A stretch of 63,377 nucleotides of DNA, counting the filler, from Craspedostauros australis (taxonomy: Eukaryota): NCBI GenBank assembly GCA_030167865.1. It is 7 parts of 7 records of this genome, joined end to end, with 100 filler letters (N's around TTAATTAATTAA, not from the genome) between each part and the next. Parts side by side here need not be neighbours in the genome. Positions count along the whole stretch, not along the records: positions 10,852 to 41,960 come from JALAGF010000320.1; positions 42,061 to 50,489 come from JALAGF010000327.1; 5 more parts are not named here. One strand, 5' to 3'. Shown here piece by piece: positions 37,360 through 48,500 of this stretch (its first letter is position 1; every line of letters begins with the position of its first letter). The position numbers were made by a program, and so were the translations under genes. Under the pieces are notes generated by a model. The model searched no databases, was not told the DNA's origin, and saw only the letters and a program-made list of their open reading frames with translations.

Positions 37360-39762
37360 ATGCCGCAAGACAGCAACAGCAAGAGCACTCCCACCAGCAC
37401 GAACCCTTCTCAGGGCATCCGCCCAAACAGCGGAGGAGGACGGCACAGCAACGCCATGCCAGTGCGCAGTATTGTTCCTCCCAACTCTAAATCACGGTTC
37501 CCCAACCGCATTGAGAGGCCTGGACACCCCATACCTCGCAACCCGCTACGACCTGGAGTACCAACAGAGCAAAATGAAACGACTCTCTCAGGGGCATCAT
37601 CCAACAACGGGAGCACCCAGCGAGAAGTAGAAGACCTCGGGTCAACAACGTCATCTATAACGGGGGAGGCAGAGATGGCGGAGACGGAAGATGCGTGCTC
37701 TATCAACTGCGATGTGAATGCCACATCGTCATCGTCGTCGTCATCATCATCATCATCATCATCATTGTCATCAAACGGGGCAGGCTCAGGATCGCAGCCG
37801 GCATCAATCCAAGAGGACACGACCAATGGGCCTCAACTTGATGCCGAACGTCTCAATAATCCAGAGGTGGCGCAGACCGACACGCACACCGACACGCAGA
37901 GCGACACGCAGCCCGAGACAAAGGCGAGGTGCAAGCGTCAGCATTGGATGCTGTTCGTATTTCTGTTCATGATTGCGGTGATCGTTGTTATCGTGGCGTT
38001 GCTGTTGATGTCGAAGGTCATCGACAGAACGACAACCAAAACCACCAAATCAAACGCGCCACGGACAAGCTTGGCACCGACCATGTCGTTGGATCCTTCG
38101 CCCTTGCCCTCACCCCCACCTTCAACGATAGTCTCTCCATCAGGTACGCAGGCCAAATCGGTGGTACCATCGGTTCCTCCATCCAAATCGAAGGCGCCAT
38201 CGCATGCACCATCAAATACACCAGTCTCATCCAATTCACTGTCCACATTTCCATCGAGCTTACCATCCGCCTCGGCATCCATCCAGCCGAGCGCGATGCT
38301 TTCCATGCCTGCCTCACCAACGGCCGATTCGCTCTTCCTACTGTACACCAACATCCTGACACCCATCTTGGAGGCAGAGCCAAGCTTCACCAATCGATCT
38401 GTATTCGAGGATCCAACCAGCCCTGAATCTCAGACGATGGAGTGGCTGTCGAAGAACCACCAGATCTCAAGCTTGAGCCAGCAGACTTTCAGCACCGGCA
38501 GACTTCGAAACTTTGACCATGGCATAGCAAGCTCTCGCAGCGAAACCACCCTCATCCTACATGCATCGGATCTCAACGAGCTCCTCGAGAAGTATGTGCT
38601 CGTGTTGCTGTACTTCAAGATGGGAAATAGCGAGCAATGGGCACCCCTCTACAATTACCTCGACCCCGATTCTCATCACTGCCAATGGCAAAATCCCAGC
38701 GAGTCCAAAGGCATCTTTTGCGATGACGATCTCGAAGTGATCGGATTTCAGCTGAGCGATCGTTTCATCAGCGGGACCATACCAGATGAATTATACCTCC
38801 TCACCAACCTGTGGAATTTGGATCTTGGCGGATGTACGAACATTCGTGGGACAATCTCGACCTACATTGGTCGATTGTCGGATTTGTGGGATGTGAGGCT
38901 CGACGGGACCTCGATGGAAGGAAGCATTCCGAGCGAGATTGGGATGTTGACCCACATGTGGCGCTGGGCATCCTACGACTCCCATGTTAATGGGAGCCTG
39001 CCAACCGAGCTTGGGAACTTGATCGACCTTGAGGTCATCGATGTTAAAGGGTCAGCCATGACGGGGCCTCTCCCAGTCGAGCTTGGGAATCTGGTCAACC
39101 TGGAGAGCGTCTACATGTTTAACAACCTGTTGACAGGTTCTCTCCCAACGGAGATAGGGTTGATGACAAGTCTCCGAGTATTCTACATCGAGGACTGTCA
39201 ATTCCATGGACAGATTCCATCTGAGATTGGCCAACTGGTCGACTTGGAGCAGTTGTACCTGCAGAACAACAAACAGCTCAATGGCACTCTCCCATCTCAA
39301 ATATCCAATCTCAGAAACTTGAAAGACTTCTCCATTGGTGGTACAAGTATCGTCGGCAATCTTGACCCAATCCTCTGCCTTGCAACCAACACGCTAGACC
39401 GCATCTGGGCCGACTGCTCTACACCACCCGGGGTTAGCATTCTATCATCAGTCGCATGCTCGTGCTGCAGACACTGTTGCTACACCGACGAGGATTCGGG
39501 AGATGCCGAGTGCGACAGACAGACGAACCCAGCGTATACCATGTGCTACAACAACGAATGCACGTCATGCGGCAATGGGCGGTTTGTTTCGTCATGCGAC
39601 GAGTGCATCGATCGCAACGTTTCGTCGTTGGGGACACCGCCACAGTGGATCGACTTTGATGAAATCACGAACATGGAGATATGTTCTGGATCATGCGCAC
39701 TCGAGGGGACAACCGGGATGTGCAAGATGAGGAACTTCACAGATGCCCCTCTTGGAGCGTAG
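37360..39762 (+). CDS. Membrane-anchored leucine-rich-repeat (receptor-like) protein
   Basis: Disordered N-terminus, one TM helix (WMLFVFLFMIAVIVVIVALLLM) and a Ser/Pro stalk. Then an LRR N-cap (DPTSPESQTMEWL...KYVLVLLYF...HCQW...GIFC), plant-like LRRs (GxIPxEIGxLxxL) and a Cys-rich C-terminal end (ADC...CSCCRHCC). Confidence 0.88.
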   Translation: MPQDSNSKSTPTSTNPSQGIRPNSGGGRHSNAMPVRSIVPPNSKSRFPNRIERPGHPIPRNPLRPGVPTEQNETTLSGASSNNGSTQREVEDLGSTTSSITGEAEMAETEDACSINCDVNATSSSSSSSSSSSSSLSSNGAGSGSQPASIQEDTTNGPQLDAERLNNPEVAQTDTHTDTQSDTQPETKARCKRQHWMLFVFLFMIAVIVVIVALLLMSKVIDRTTTKTTKSNAPRTSLAPTMSLDPSPLPSPPPSTIVSPSGTQAKSVVPSVPPSKSKAPSHAPSNTPVSSNSLSTFPSSLPSASASIQPSAMLSMPASPTADSLFLLYTNILTPILEAEPSFTNRSVFEDPTSPESQTMEWLSKNHQISSLSQQTFSTGRLRNFDHGIASSRSETTLILHASDLNELLEKYVLVLLYFKMGNSEQWAPLYNYLDPDSHHCQWQNPSESKGIFCDDDLEVIGFQLSDRFISGTIPDELYLLTNLWNLDLGGCTNIRGTISTYIGRLSDLWDVRLDGTSMEGSIPSEIGMLTHMWRWASYDSHVNGSLPTELGNLIDLEVIDVKGSAMTGPLPVELGNLVNLESVYMFNNLLTGSLPTEIGLMTSLRVFYIEDCQFHGQIPSEIGQLVDLEQLYLQNNKQLNGTLPSQISNLRNLKDFSIGGTSIVGNLDPILCLATNTLDRIWADCSTPPGVSILSSVACSCCRHCCYTDEDSGDAECDRQTNPAYTMCYNNECTSCGNGRFVSSCDECIDRNVSSLGTPPQWIDFDEITNMEICSGSCALEGTTGMCKMRNFTDAPLGA

Positions 39763-40084
39763 CATTGGAAAATAGGAAGAGCACGCAGAGAGTGATGGTT
39801 GGTGGCTGTGGATCCTTCAATGCATGATGGACTATTTGTGTAAAGCATCCCAACAGCAGGATGAATTGCATCGTATAATAGGAACTACTCGTACATGAAA
39901 CATCACATTGCATGATGTTATGGTATACTACGATGCGTATGCTCTCTTCGGAGTCATCGTATTCGTTGGGATGGTGGATACGCGTCGCTCCTGCGAGTTC
40001 TCCAGAGCATGTGGTCGCATGCGTTCTCGTCTGCCACCACCTCTACGAATCGTGAGCAGTATTTGGACGCTCTTGTGGCATCCT

Positions 40085-40690
40085 GCGCCGAAGTATGATG
40101 TAGAAACGGACAAGCAGCAAAACCATACCATAGCAATCGAACGGTCTCCGTAAAGCCGTTCAATAGACAGCATGGTCAAAGAGCAGGCTATCGCTGGGCG
40201 GGAGCAGCACAAGAACACGAAGACGACCGCAACTGAGGCGAACATGGGACAGCGACAGAAGCGTTTTGTGATTGGAGCAGTTGTGTTGGCCATCCTTGCC
40301 ATCGTTATTGGCCTCGTGCTGGGCCTGGGCAACGATGGCAACACCAACGCGTTGGTTCGGATCCAATCGCCCGCAACAGCCGCGCCCACATCAACGGTGC
40401 CAGCATCTGCCGTGCCAACATCGGCCCCATCCGTATCCATATCGCCGAGCAACGCCCCCGCCTGATCTGCGGAAGCTTTGTTAATCTCGGATGTCATTCG
40501 AACAGCATCGCCGCAAACCTCTGTGGATCAGTTGGATGCGGAGAACACGCCACAAGCCAAAGCGCTTGAATGACTCATCGAAGACCAACGGGGCGTCGGA
40601 GGCAACGGCATCAACGGTGAAGGTTGGCCACAGGATGACTTGATCGTGAGCTGCGCTTTGCCTGTTTTCCGCCACAGCACAGGCAAAGAC
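40085..40690 (+). pseudogene. Truncated pseudogene of the membrane-anchored LRR family
   Basis: One frame is interrupted by stops at 40151, 40463 and 40571. It still encodes a TM helix (FVIGAVVLAILAIVIGLVLGL), an APT/PS stalk, TPQAKALE*L (family SPQxxALxWL) and SCALPVFRHSTG (family RYALAVFYxSTG). No LRRs follow. Boundaries are approximate. Confidence 0.65.
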
Positions 40691-41101
40691 ATGTCCCGGA
40701 CGATTAAGGAGATGCGGTAAATTACATCAAACGATAATGAAATCAGCACGAGTTTGGGTTTGGCTGTTGGCGTCATCAAACCTCGAGCGAGAAGACGTGT
40801 GTCGAAGAACGTCCAGACGCCTCGATCGAAGCCAAAGACGCTCACGAGGGCTTTGGAAAGAGACAATTGTGCCTTTTGCAGAGTGGGATTGATCGGGTCA
40901 GGACATAAATGATGGGTGTCGGGTTTCTGCTATGGATGCGTACTGTTTCCCCGCTACAGCGCTTGTGATGCCTCTTGGATATGCCTGCAGAACGTGTTCG
41001 AGCGCACGGTTCCACACCCAATACCCTCAAGTTGTGCTTATGTCGACGAACCGTTGATATCAAAGTCTCGATTTTGTGTCACGAGGATTTCGCGGCAAAT
41101 A

Positions 41102-41193
41102 TCCGTAAGGAATTTTTCGGGACTGAGGAGTCCACTTACGGCTAAGTGGATTCCTCAGTCCACTTACCATTTTTGTTGTTTCGTAAGTGGACT
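41102..41193. mobile_element. Probable DNA-transposon terminus with nested inverted repeats
   Basis: TA at 41100-41101, then TCCGTAAGGAATTTTTCGGGAC. An 18-bp inverted repeat (1 mismatch, 4-nt loop) spans 41121-41160 and an 11-bp inverted repeat pairs 41157-41167 with 41183-41193. An N gap follows. Confidence 0.45.
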
Positions 41194-42530
41194 NNNNNNN
41201 NNNNNNNNNNNNNNNNNNNNNNNNNNNNNNNNNNNNNNNNNNNNNNNNNNNNNNNNNNNNNNNNNNNNNNNNNNNNNNNNNNNNNNNNNNNNNNNCCCTG
41301 TCACATTTTTTGGATTCTTCGTGTTGTTGCGTGTAAACTTGTGCACACAGCGATTTTGCATTGAGACGCACCTCCTCCGTTCTTTTTTACGCAATAACAG
41401 CAATCAACACTGACTCTACTCTGCATTATATTGTCTTTCTCTACTGTTATGATACTGTTATGCTACTGTTATGCTACAGTCATCCTTGTGAGCCTCTTGT
41501 GCGTGGAATACGTTGGTGTACATAATTCGTATTGCATATCATCGTTTCTGCTTCCTTCCATGCAGACCGTGAGTTGTGACCTCTATATCTCTGCTGTGGG
41601 TCCTGGCTTCGGCGGCTGCCTTGTGCGCAGCTTGTATTGCTGCTTCCAGATTCAGGACAGGCACCCTTGAGCTAATTATTGTGGCTGTGTTTGTTTGATN
41701 TGCCTTGGCAGTGGTGGNTTCACCGTCNGCNTTGTCATTGCTTTCGTTGCTCATCTCTCTTGCTATCTCTGTTACTGCATTTGTAGCTGTGGTGGTTGTC
41801 TCATCTGTGTTTGCGCTGATAAGGCGTTCATTGTGGTGGCTTCTCTCATTGATGCTGGGCCTTCACCTTCTCTACTCATTCGACAGGCTCCTTGTGCACA
41901 ATTCGATGACATAAGTTGTGAACAATGATTGCGTCCGCTCCTTTTGCGATGTTTCTTAATNNNNNNNNNNNNNNNNNNNNNNNNNNNNNNNNNNNNNNNN
42001 NNNNTTAATTAATTAANNNNNNNNNNNNNNNNNNNNNNNNNNNNNNNNNNNNNNNNNNNNGACGTGCATGAAAGGAGATGGACAATCGACACAGATTGAT
42101 GGTGCATGCAAGGGAGGAAGTGGAGGGTCGCGTGACGATACTTGCACGACAGAGGTCGATAAAAACTGATGCCAACGCTTGTGAGGGAAGAAATCACATC
42201 AACTCGAAATTACCGTTGGAGGAGCGATTTGAGAGCAAGGCACGAGATGAGANNNNNNNNNNNNNNNNNNNNNNNNNNNNNNNNNNNNNNNNNNNNNNNN
42301 NNNNNNNNNNNNNNNNNNNNNNNNNNNNNNNNNNNNNNNNNNNNNNNNNNNNNNNNNNNNNNNNNNNNNNNNNNNNNNNNAAGGTATCTTGTGTTCATAA
42401 TGGAGTGATCTGATTGGCTTAGAAGCCGATATTATGAAATTATGAGCCACGCAAACACCTCCACTTTTCTGTCTCAACGCCGTGTATTAAGTCCCGTTAA
42501 GGTAAGTCATGAGCTAGAAAAGTGAAAATC

Positions 42531-42562
42531 GGACAAAACGTTGGGTGTTCCAGGATCCTGTA
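42531..42562. mobile_element. Putative transposon terminal motif shared with 50986-51016
   Basis: GGACAAAACGTTGGGTGTTCCAGGATC matches GGACAAAATGTTGGGTGTCCCAGAATC at 24/27. Both are closely followed by TA, and both lie about 0.4-0.5 kb from a contig start. Confidence 0.45.
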
Positions 42563-43226
42563 GCGACCGCACGGTCATTGGCTAACGTGGGTCATAAGTT
42601 AAAGGCATGAGTCATGTCATGATCCGAGATGGCCAGCGCAAGAGAATTATCAAACGACTTCGAGAACTGTCGAAATTCCCCGTAGTCCCAAAAGTAACGT
42701 GCTCCTGTAACGCTCAGGAGTGATCGATCAGGCGCTTGCCACGTTAACGGTAGGGGGGTATTTGTTGTTTCTGTACTCTATTTTGGTTCAGTCCTGTACA
42801 ATCGGGAATTACTGATGTCACACATTTCGACAGAGAACTGCATTTTTAGCGAGTCCGTTGAGTCGCTGCTTGCCTTTGCGAAAGTTACATCAGCAAAACG
42901 AGAACACGCTGCGACAGCACAAGAACACAGAACGGGACGAAACGGACATCATGCGCAAAAGAGGCACACACGAACACAGAAGCACAACGACACAACACGA
43001 CAAATCTTTCATCGCAGCACAAGGCAAAACGTCGCCTCTCAGTTCACCCACAAACACCAGTCGGAGGGAGCGCCCACACCAAGCCTGGCTGAGTCGAGTT
43101 GAGCTGACGGAGAAGTATCGGAAGATCATCAACTGCCACTGTCATTGCCGTCGTTGTCGCCGTTGCCGTCAGTAATCCATAGAGTACACGTGATACCTGG
43201 ACTAGTACATCAACGAAGGCACAGAG

Positions 43227-44393
43227 ATGAAGCCTAAGCAGAAGCAGCAGGCATCAACGAGGAGCTATTCTTGCGGGAGGGTTATTCTGGCGATCGGGGT
43301 CGTGCTATCCGTCGCCCAGCTCTTGGCCCACATCAAAACCACCCCGGTGAGTTTCGTAGAATATGGCATATCCGCCGCAAGCAATACGGAGAGCAAGCCG
43401 AAGGATGACCCCGAGCAGGATTTCAAGTTGGCGTACGATGAGTCCTACGGCGTGCTGGATGGCATCCGCAATGACAAATGGAAACAAGCACAGTCCTGGG
43501 CTCGAAGCTTTGGCTTCCACGCGTACCCGCACGATCCAGCTAACTTGCTCGACGAAGGACTGCGCTTCTGGTTCTTCGCCAACTACGACCCCTACTTTGC
43601 ATGCCCGTACAACAAACGAATCGGCGGGTTGGGAGATGGCCCCAAATGGACTTGCAACCTGGATCGTCTCAAGGACATCGGTCAGGATCGTTGGAAGGCG
43701 GATGTAGCAAATGGCAAGCGCATTTCCATCAACGCTGACGACGGCAGCGAATCACCATCGTCTACTGCTGCTGCTGTAGCCACAGCTGAGTACGATGCAT
43801 CGAAGTACGGCTGCCTCATCTACTCCATCGGAAGCAATGGGAACTACCTCTTCGAGGATGCCATTCAAGCACAGCTTGGCAGGGAGGCGTGCGAAATCCA
43901 CGTGTTCGATTTTTCGCGTAACTACGACCGCAAGGAGAACGCTGAGAGGAACATCCACTTCCATCAGTGGGGATACAAGGGATCCAAGGCCCAAGACTCC
44001 GACCTCCCAGTCGGCAAGGCTCACATGTTCGTCGATCTGTTCGAGATCATCACACGGTTGGGACACCAGGACCGAGTCATCGATCTCTTCAAGATCGACT
44101 GCGAGGGTTGCGAGTACGTCTCGTACGAAGACTTCACCAAGTACGAGAAGATTAGGCAGATTCTGATCGAGGTCCATGGCCGGCCACGACGCGGCCAGCC
44201 AGACCCCAAAGTCCCGCATGCGCAAGCAGAACCGCGCGTGACAAGACAAACCAAGGAGCTGGTCAACTTCTTTGATTCTTTTGCTCAGAATAATCTCATC
44301 ATGTTCTCGAAGGAACCCAATCCATGGTGCGGAGGATCATGTCTGGAGTACTCCTTCATCCGTCTCAAACCATCGTTCCTCAATCCCAACTGA
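43227..44393 (+). CDS. Methyltransf_22 (METTL24-like) SAM-dependent methyltransferase-domain protein, N-terminally membrane-anchored
   Basis: N-terminal hydrophobic anchor, then CPYNKRIGGLGDGPKWTC, CLIYSIGSNGNYLFE, CEIHVFD, IDLFKIDCEGCEY, QILIEVH and FSKEPN...CLEYSF. AATAAA at 44473. Confidence 0.82.
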   Translation: MKPKQKQQASTRSYSCGRVILAIGVVLSVAQLLAHIKTTPVSFVEYGISAASNTESKPKDDPEQDFKLAYDESYGVLDGIRNDKWKQAQSWARSFGFHAYPHDPANLLDEGLRFWFFANYDPYFACPYNKRIGGLGDGPKWTCNLDRLKDIGQDRWKADVANGKRISINADDGSESPSSTAAAVATAEYDASKYGCLIYSIGSNGNYLFEDAIQAQLGREACEIHVFDFSRNYDRKENAERNIHFHQWGYKGSKAQDSDLPVGKAHMFVDLFEIITRLGHQDRVIDLFKIDCEGCEYVSYEDFTKYEKIRQILIEVHGRPRRGQPDPKVPHAQAEPRVTRQTKELVNFFDSFAQNNLIMFSKEPNPWCGGSCLEYSFIRLKPSFLNPN

Positions 44394-44548
44394 ACCATCC
44401 ACAACAGCCATGGACCTCAGGTCGATAATATCATTGTGACGACTATAGTCAATACTTTGCATAATATTCTATAATAAAATACAAGGTACGACTACTCGCA
44501 CATTGCCATAATCTGTGAGACGGAGGCAGCTGGTACAACTCACCATGG

Positions 44549-45505
44549 ATGGCACTCCACCTACACGCGGACGTCAAAGACGCACGGAGGGCATCGAAGT
44601 TGCTAGGCAAGATCTTCAACTCCAAAGACGGAGACAGAAAGGGATTGAACTACCGCTATGTACCCAAGCCAGGAACATCGGTGATGGGTGCCAAGACTGC
44701 AACGAAGGTACAAGCAATGGTCAGAAAGCACCAGAACTATGTCCGGCGACTCAAATACGAGCAGCTCAAAGGCGACTTCGCTCTGGACACCAAAGATCCT
44801 GAAACCAACACCATTACTCTCCGCGAGTTCCTCGCCAGCCAGACAGAGGACGGCAGTCCGTTGATACACGATGTCAGTACCACGCACATGGCCGACGGCA
44901 AAGAAGATGCTATCCACATCGTTGCATTTGAGGAACGGTACGCGCAAGCAGTCGGACTCATCCACACAATTGGCATCAGATGCACCTCCAAAATCAACGA
45001 ATCTACCAAGAAATGGTTCTCAGAGGACATCATTGCAATGAGCTGCGCCATGAAGAAAGACGACAGCGGCGGATATGTGGATGTTGAAACAGAGGAAGAA
45101 ATGGACTTTCTGTTGGATGAAGGATTCGGCAACGTGGTCATTGAAGGCATCAACTTGATGGAACGAGACAATGCAGAACCAAAACGCAAAAAGGCAAGAC
45201 TCGAAGATGAAAGCTATAAGACCTTTGGAACAGAGTACAGAAAGTCGGCAGCCTCATCCAGGTACACCATCCCAGAGTCAGAGACAGAAATAGATGAAAG
45301 AGCAGCAATCGATGCAGAATTGGAGGAAGCGATGAAGATGGCGCGTGAAGCGCAGGAACTTGAAGCAAGTCGTGTGAGAGTGCAAGAACAATCCAACACA
45401 ATCTCCAGCCAAGAATCTATCATAGCGGCACTGCGCGCCCAACTGGAAGCGTCCAAAGCCACGCCAAATGCCCCAAGCACGGGCAGTGGCGAGAACCAAG
45501 AATAA
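44549..45505 (+). CDS. LINE ORF1, C-terminal part only (5'-truncated copy)
   Basis: Nearly identical to the last 318 aa of ORF 51210-53654. Acidic stretch and coiled-coil-like C-terminus. Confidence 0.8.
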   Translation: MALHLHADVKDARRASKLLGKIFNSKDGDRKGLNYRYVPKPGTSVMGAKTATKVQAMVRKHQNYVRRLKYEQLKGDFALDTKDPETNTITLREFLASQTEDGSPLIHDVSTTHMADGKEDAIHIVAFEERYAQAVGLIHTIGIRCTSKINESTKKWFSEDIIAMSCAMKKDDSGGYVDVETEEEMDFLLDEGFGNVVIEGINLMERDNAEPKRKKARLEDESYKTFGTEYRKSAASSRYTIPESETEIDERAAIDAELEEAMKMAREAQELEASRVRVQEQSNTISSQESIIAALRAQLEASKATPNAPSTGSGENQE

Positions 45506-48500
45506 TGCAAGGCTGGGGGCAGGTGAAGCAACGACAGCCACCCCTGCAAGCCCAACAGATGCAAACTTGGAGGAAACGCGCCGCGACGGGCAGGACCTTC
45601 GTGACAGGCACTGGGGAGATCCCACGATCAGCAAAGGCAGCACCTTATTACGAATCGCAGCCTTGAATGTGGGGTGTCTCCAAGCCGAGTCAAAACACTG
45701 GAAGAACGATGACCTATGGCAGTGGATCAAACAGATGCAAATCGACGTGGCTCTTCTGTCAGAGATAGGGGTCAATTGGTCAAAACTGGGGAAGATGAAT
45801 TCATGGAAAGCAAGGTCACGCAAGCATGTGCGCTCCGAACGACACGCACTAGCATTCAACGAACAAGAACGCATGGGCGGCCCAAAACAATGGGGTGGAA
45901 CAGCATGCACCATGATAGGAAACATCACTGGGCGATACAAGGACGCCAGCAGCGACCCGAGGAAACTGGGGCGGTGGACTAGCATTGCAGTGCGAGGGAG
46001 AAAGGATACCGTCATTCGATTCGTCAGCGTGTACATCCCAACCAAGGGAGGCCAAAGTCCAGGAACGGTCTACAACCAACAGGCATCCTGGCTTGAATCG
46101 CAAGGGATCCGCACATCACCCATCGAGCAGCTGATACAAGATTTGGAGGCAGAGATGCAAGCATGGCAGGAAGCCGGAGAAACAGTGATAGTAGGAGGCG
46201 ACGTCAACATGCCGGTAGCACGATCACAAATGGCAACAATGATGCACAAGCACAGAATGCGTGAGTCTATCCTCAGCAAGCACTCGGAAGCGCCAAGTAT
46301 CTCCACGAACATCAGAGCAAGCTCCAACAGGATCATCGATGGCATATGGGTGCCGGCATCACTGCAAGTGGTAAGATCTGGGTACAGCGCCTTTGGGCCA
46401 TGGGATCACCGCACGGCATGGATCGAAGTGCACCAAGAATCAGTGTTCGGCACAGCCAGCACACCCACGCGAAAATTCGAAGGCCGAAGAGTTCAGCTCA
46501 GCAAGCCGACAACGGTGCGCAAATACCAAAAAGAGGTATGCAAACAATATGAACGACATAAGCTGAGGCAAAGGGCGGAGAAACTACGAGCAGAAATCAG
46601 GACCCATAACAACATGACACCAGAACAGAAAGGTCGGTTGGAAGACATCGATCAAGAACGAACAACCATCATGCTGACCGCAGAGAAAGGAGCACGCACG
46701 ATATATACAGGCCAAGTCCCATTCTCTCCCGAAATCAAGCGAAGAGCAATGGAGAAGCAATTTTGGAATCTTGCATGGAAACGACGGAAAGGCAAGAAAG
46801 TAAGCGCACGATGGTATGAAAGAGCAAAAAAAACAAGCACACGTGGAGGTGAGAACAGCCACACTGAGTATCAACGAGCTGGAAGATAAACGGAAACGCG
46901 CGCATACCCGATGGAAGCAGGCCAAAAAGGAGGCATGGGCCCACCGACGCACCTTTCTACAAGCCAGAGCGGAGGAAGTGGCCAAAGAAGGCAACATATC
47001 GTCAGAAGCAGCGCTGCGATCCATACAGAAGCGCGAGGAAATAGTCGAGATGTACAAGGCCATTCGCAACGCTGTCAGGAACAACGAAGCAGGCAGGAAG
47101 GTCACGATGGTCATAGCAGAGAACAAGTCCAGCGAGGAGGAAGTATATGACAAGGAGCAGCAAGTAATATCCCAATGCATGAAAGCCAACGAGTCAAAAT
47201 ACAGGCAAGCCTACATCACCCCACTACAGCGCCCAGCCTTTGCAAGGGACATACGCCGACTCGGAATCCGAGCCACTCAACGCAGACACCAACACCGAAT
47301 GGATCAGCACACCAACAGGCTGCTCGAGACTCTAGACCGGCCAGGCGCTAGCACCTGGAAGGAAGAGGAGCTCGAGATCACCGTCGCCAACCACCAGCAA
47401 CTATGGGGAAAAGCACGGGAGAAAACCACCTCGGGTCCCTCCGGTCTACATTTTGGTCTTTGGAAAGCCAACGCACAACATGAGGAGACCGCAACCGTCG
47501 ACGCCGCTATGCGAGAAATATCCCTCCGAACCGGGTACAATCTGCGCAGGTGGCTCACATGTACCGATGTGACACTATTGAAGGAGCCCGGAAACTTCAG
47601 AGTGACCAGGTTCAGAACCATCAGTTTGGTCGAGGGCGATTTCAACGCGAATCTAAAGTGGATAGGGAAGATCATGATGAGACATGCAGAAACACAACAA
47701 CAACTACCAGATGAACAATACAGAAGCCGCAAACAACGCAGCGCAGCAGAAGTAAGTCTCAATAACAGACTGACCGACGACATCATTTGGGCGACGGCGG
47801 CCACCAGCTGCATATGCTCCAACGACGCCAAAAGCTGTTACGACAGAATGGCGCATGTCCCTCTCGAATTAAGTATGGATCAGCTCGGAGTACCGCAAGT
47901 GGTGAGCCGCAGCGTGACGACAGCCATCCAATCCATGCAACACCATGTGCTGACAGGATTCGGAAAGTCGACACGCACGTATCCCCATAGAGGCTCCAAA
48001 CTGCAGGGACTGTTGCAAGGCCTGGGCATCTCACCGGCTGGATGGGTAGCGATGAGCTCACCAATCATGAAGGCAATGTCTGAGCAAGGGTACGGCTTCC
48101 AGTCGATCAACCCGACAAGGACGACGACAACAAAACTGGTGTGCTTCTCTTTTGTGGATGACACTGACCTTATACATTCAGTGAAAGCGGAAGTGGACGA
48201 CCCCGAAGCGTGCATCACAGAAATACAGCAAGTAGTAAATGCGTGGGAAGGCATGTTACGCGCCACAGGCGGAGCACTGGAGCCAAAAAAGAGCTACTGG
48301 TACCTTATGTCCTTCAAATGGGATGGATCCAGATGGCAGTACAAGACGGTGGAGGAACAGCCTGGCAGCATTAGCATACGGCAGCCGGACTCGCAAGAGC
48401 GATCGACTCTACTACGCCTACACGTGGACCAAGCTCGAAAGGCACTGGGAGTAATGGTGAGACACGATGGAGTACAAGACGACAACGAGAAGTTCTACAC

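Noticed and set aside
41297..41960. T-rich stretch with a short minus-strand ORF, possibly a degraded retroelement
   Set aside because: Contains ambiguous bases and no diagnostic motif, so it cannot be classified.
45503..45507. TAATG stop-start overlap at the LINE ORF1 stop, suggesting coupled translation
   Set aside because: That ATG (45505) is not in the ORF2 frame and opens only a short peptide.
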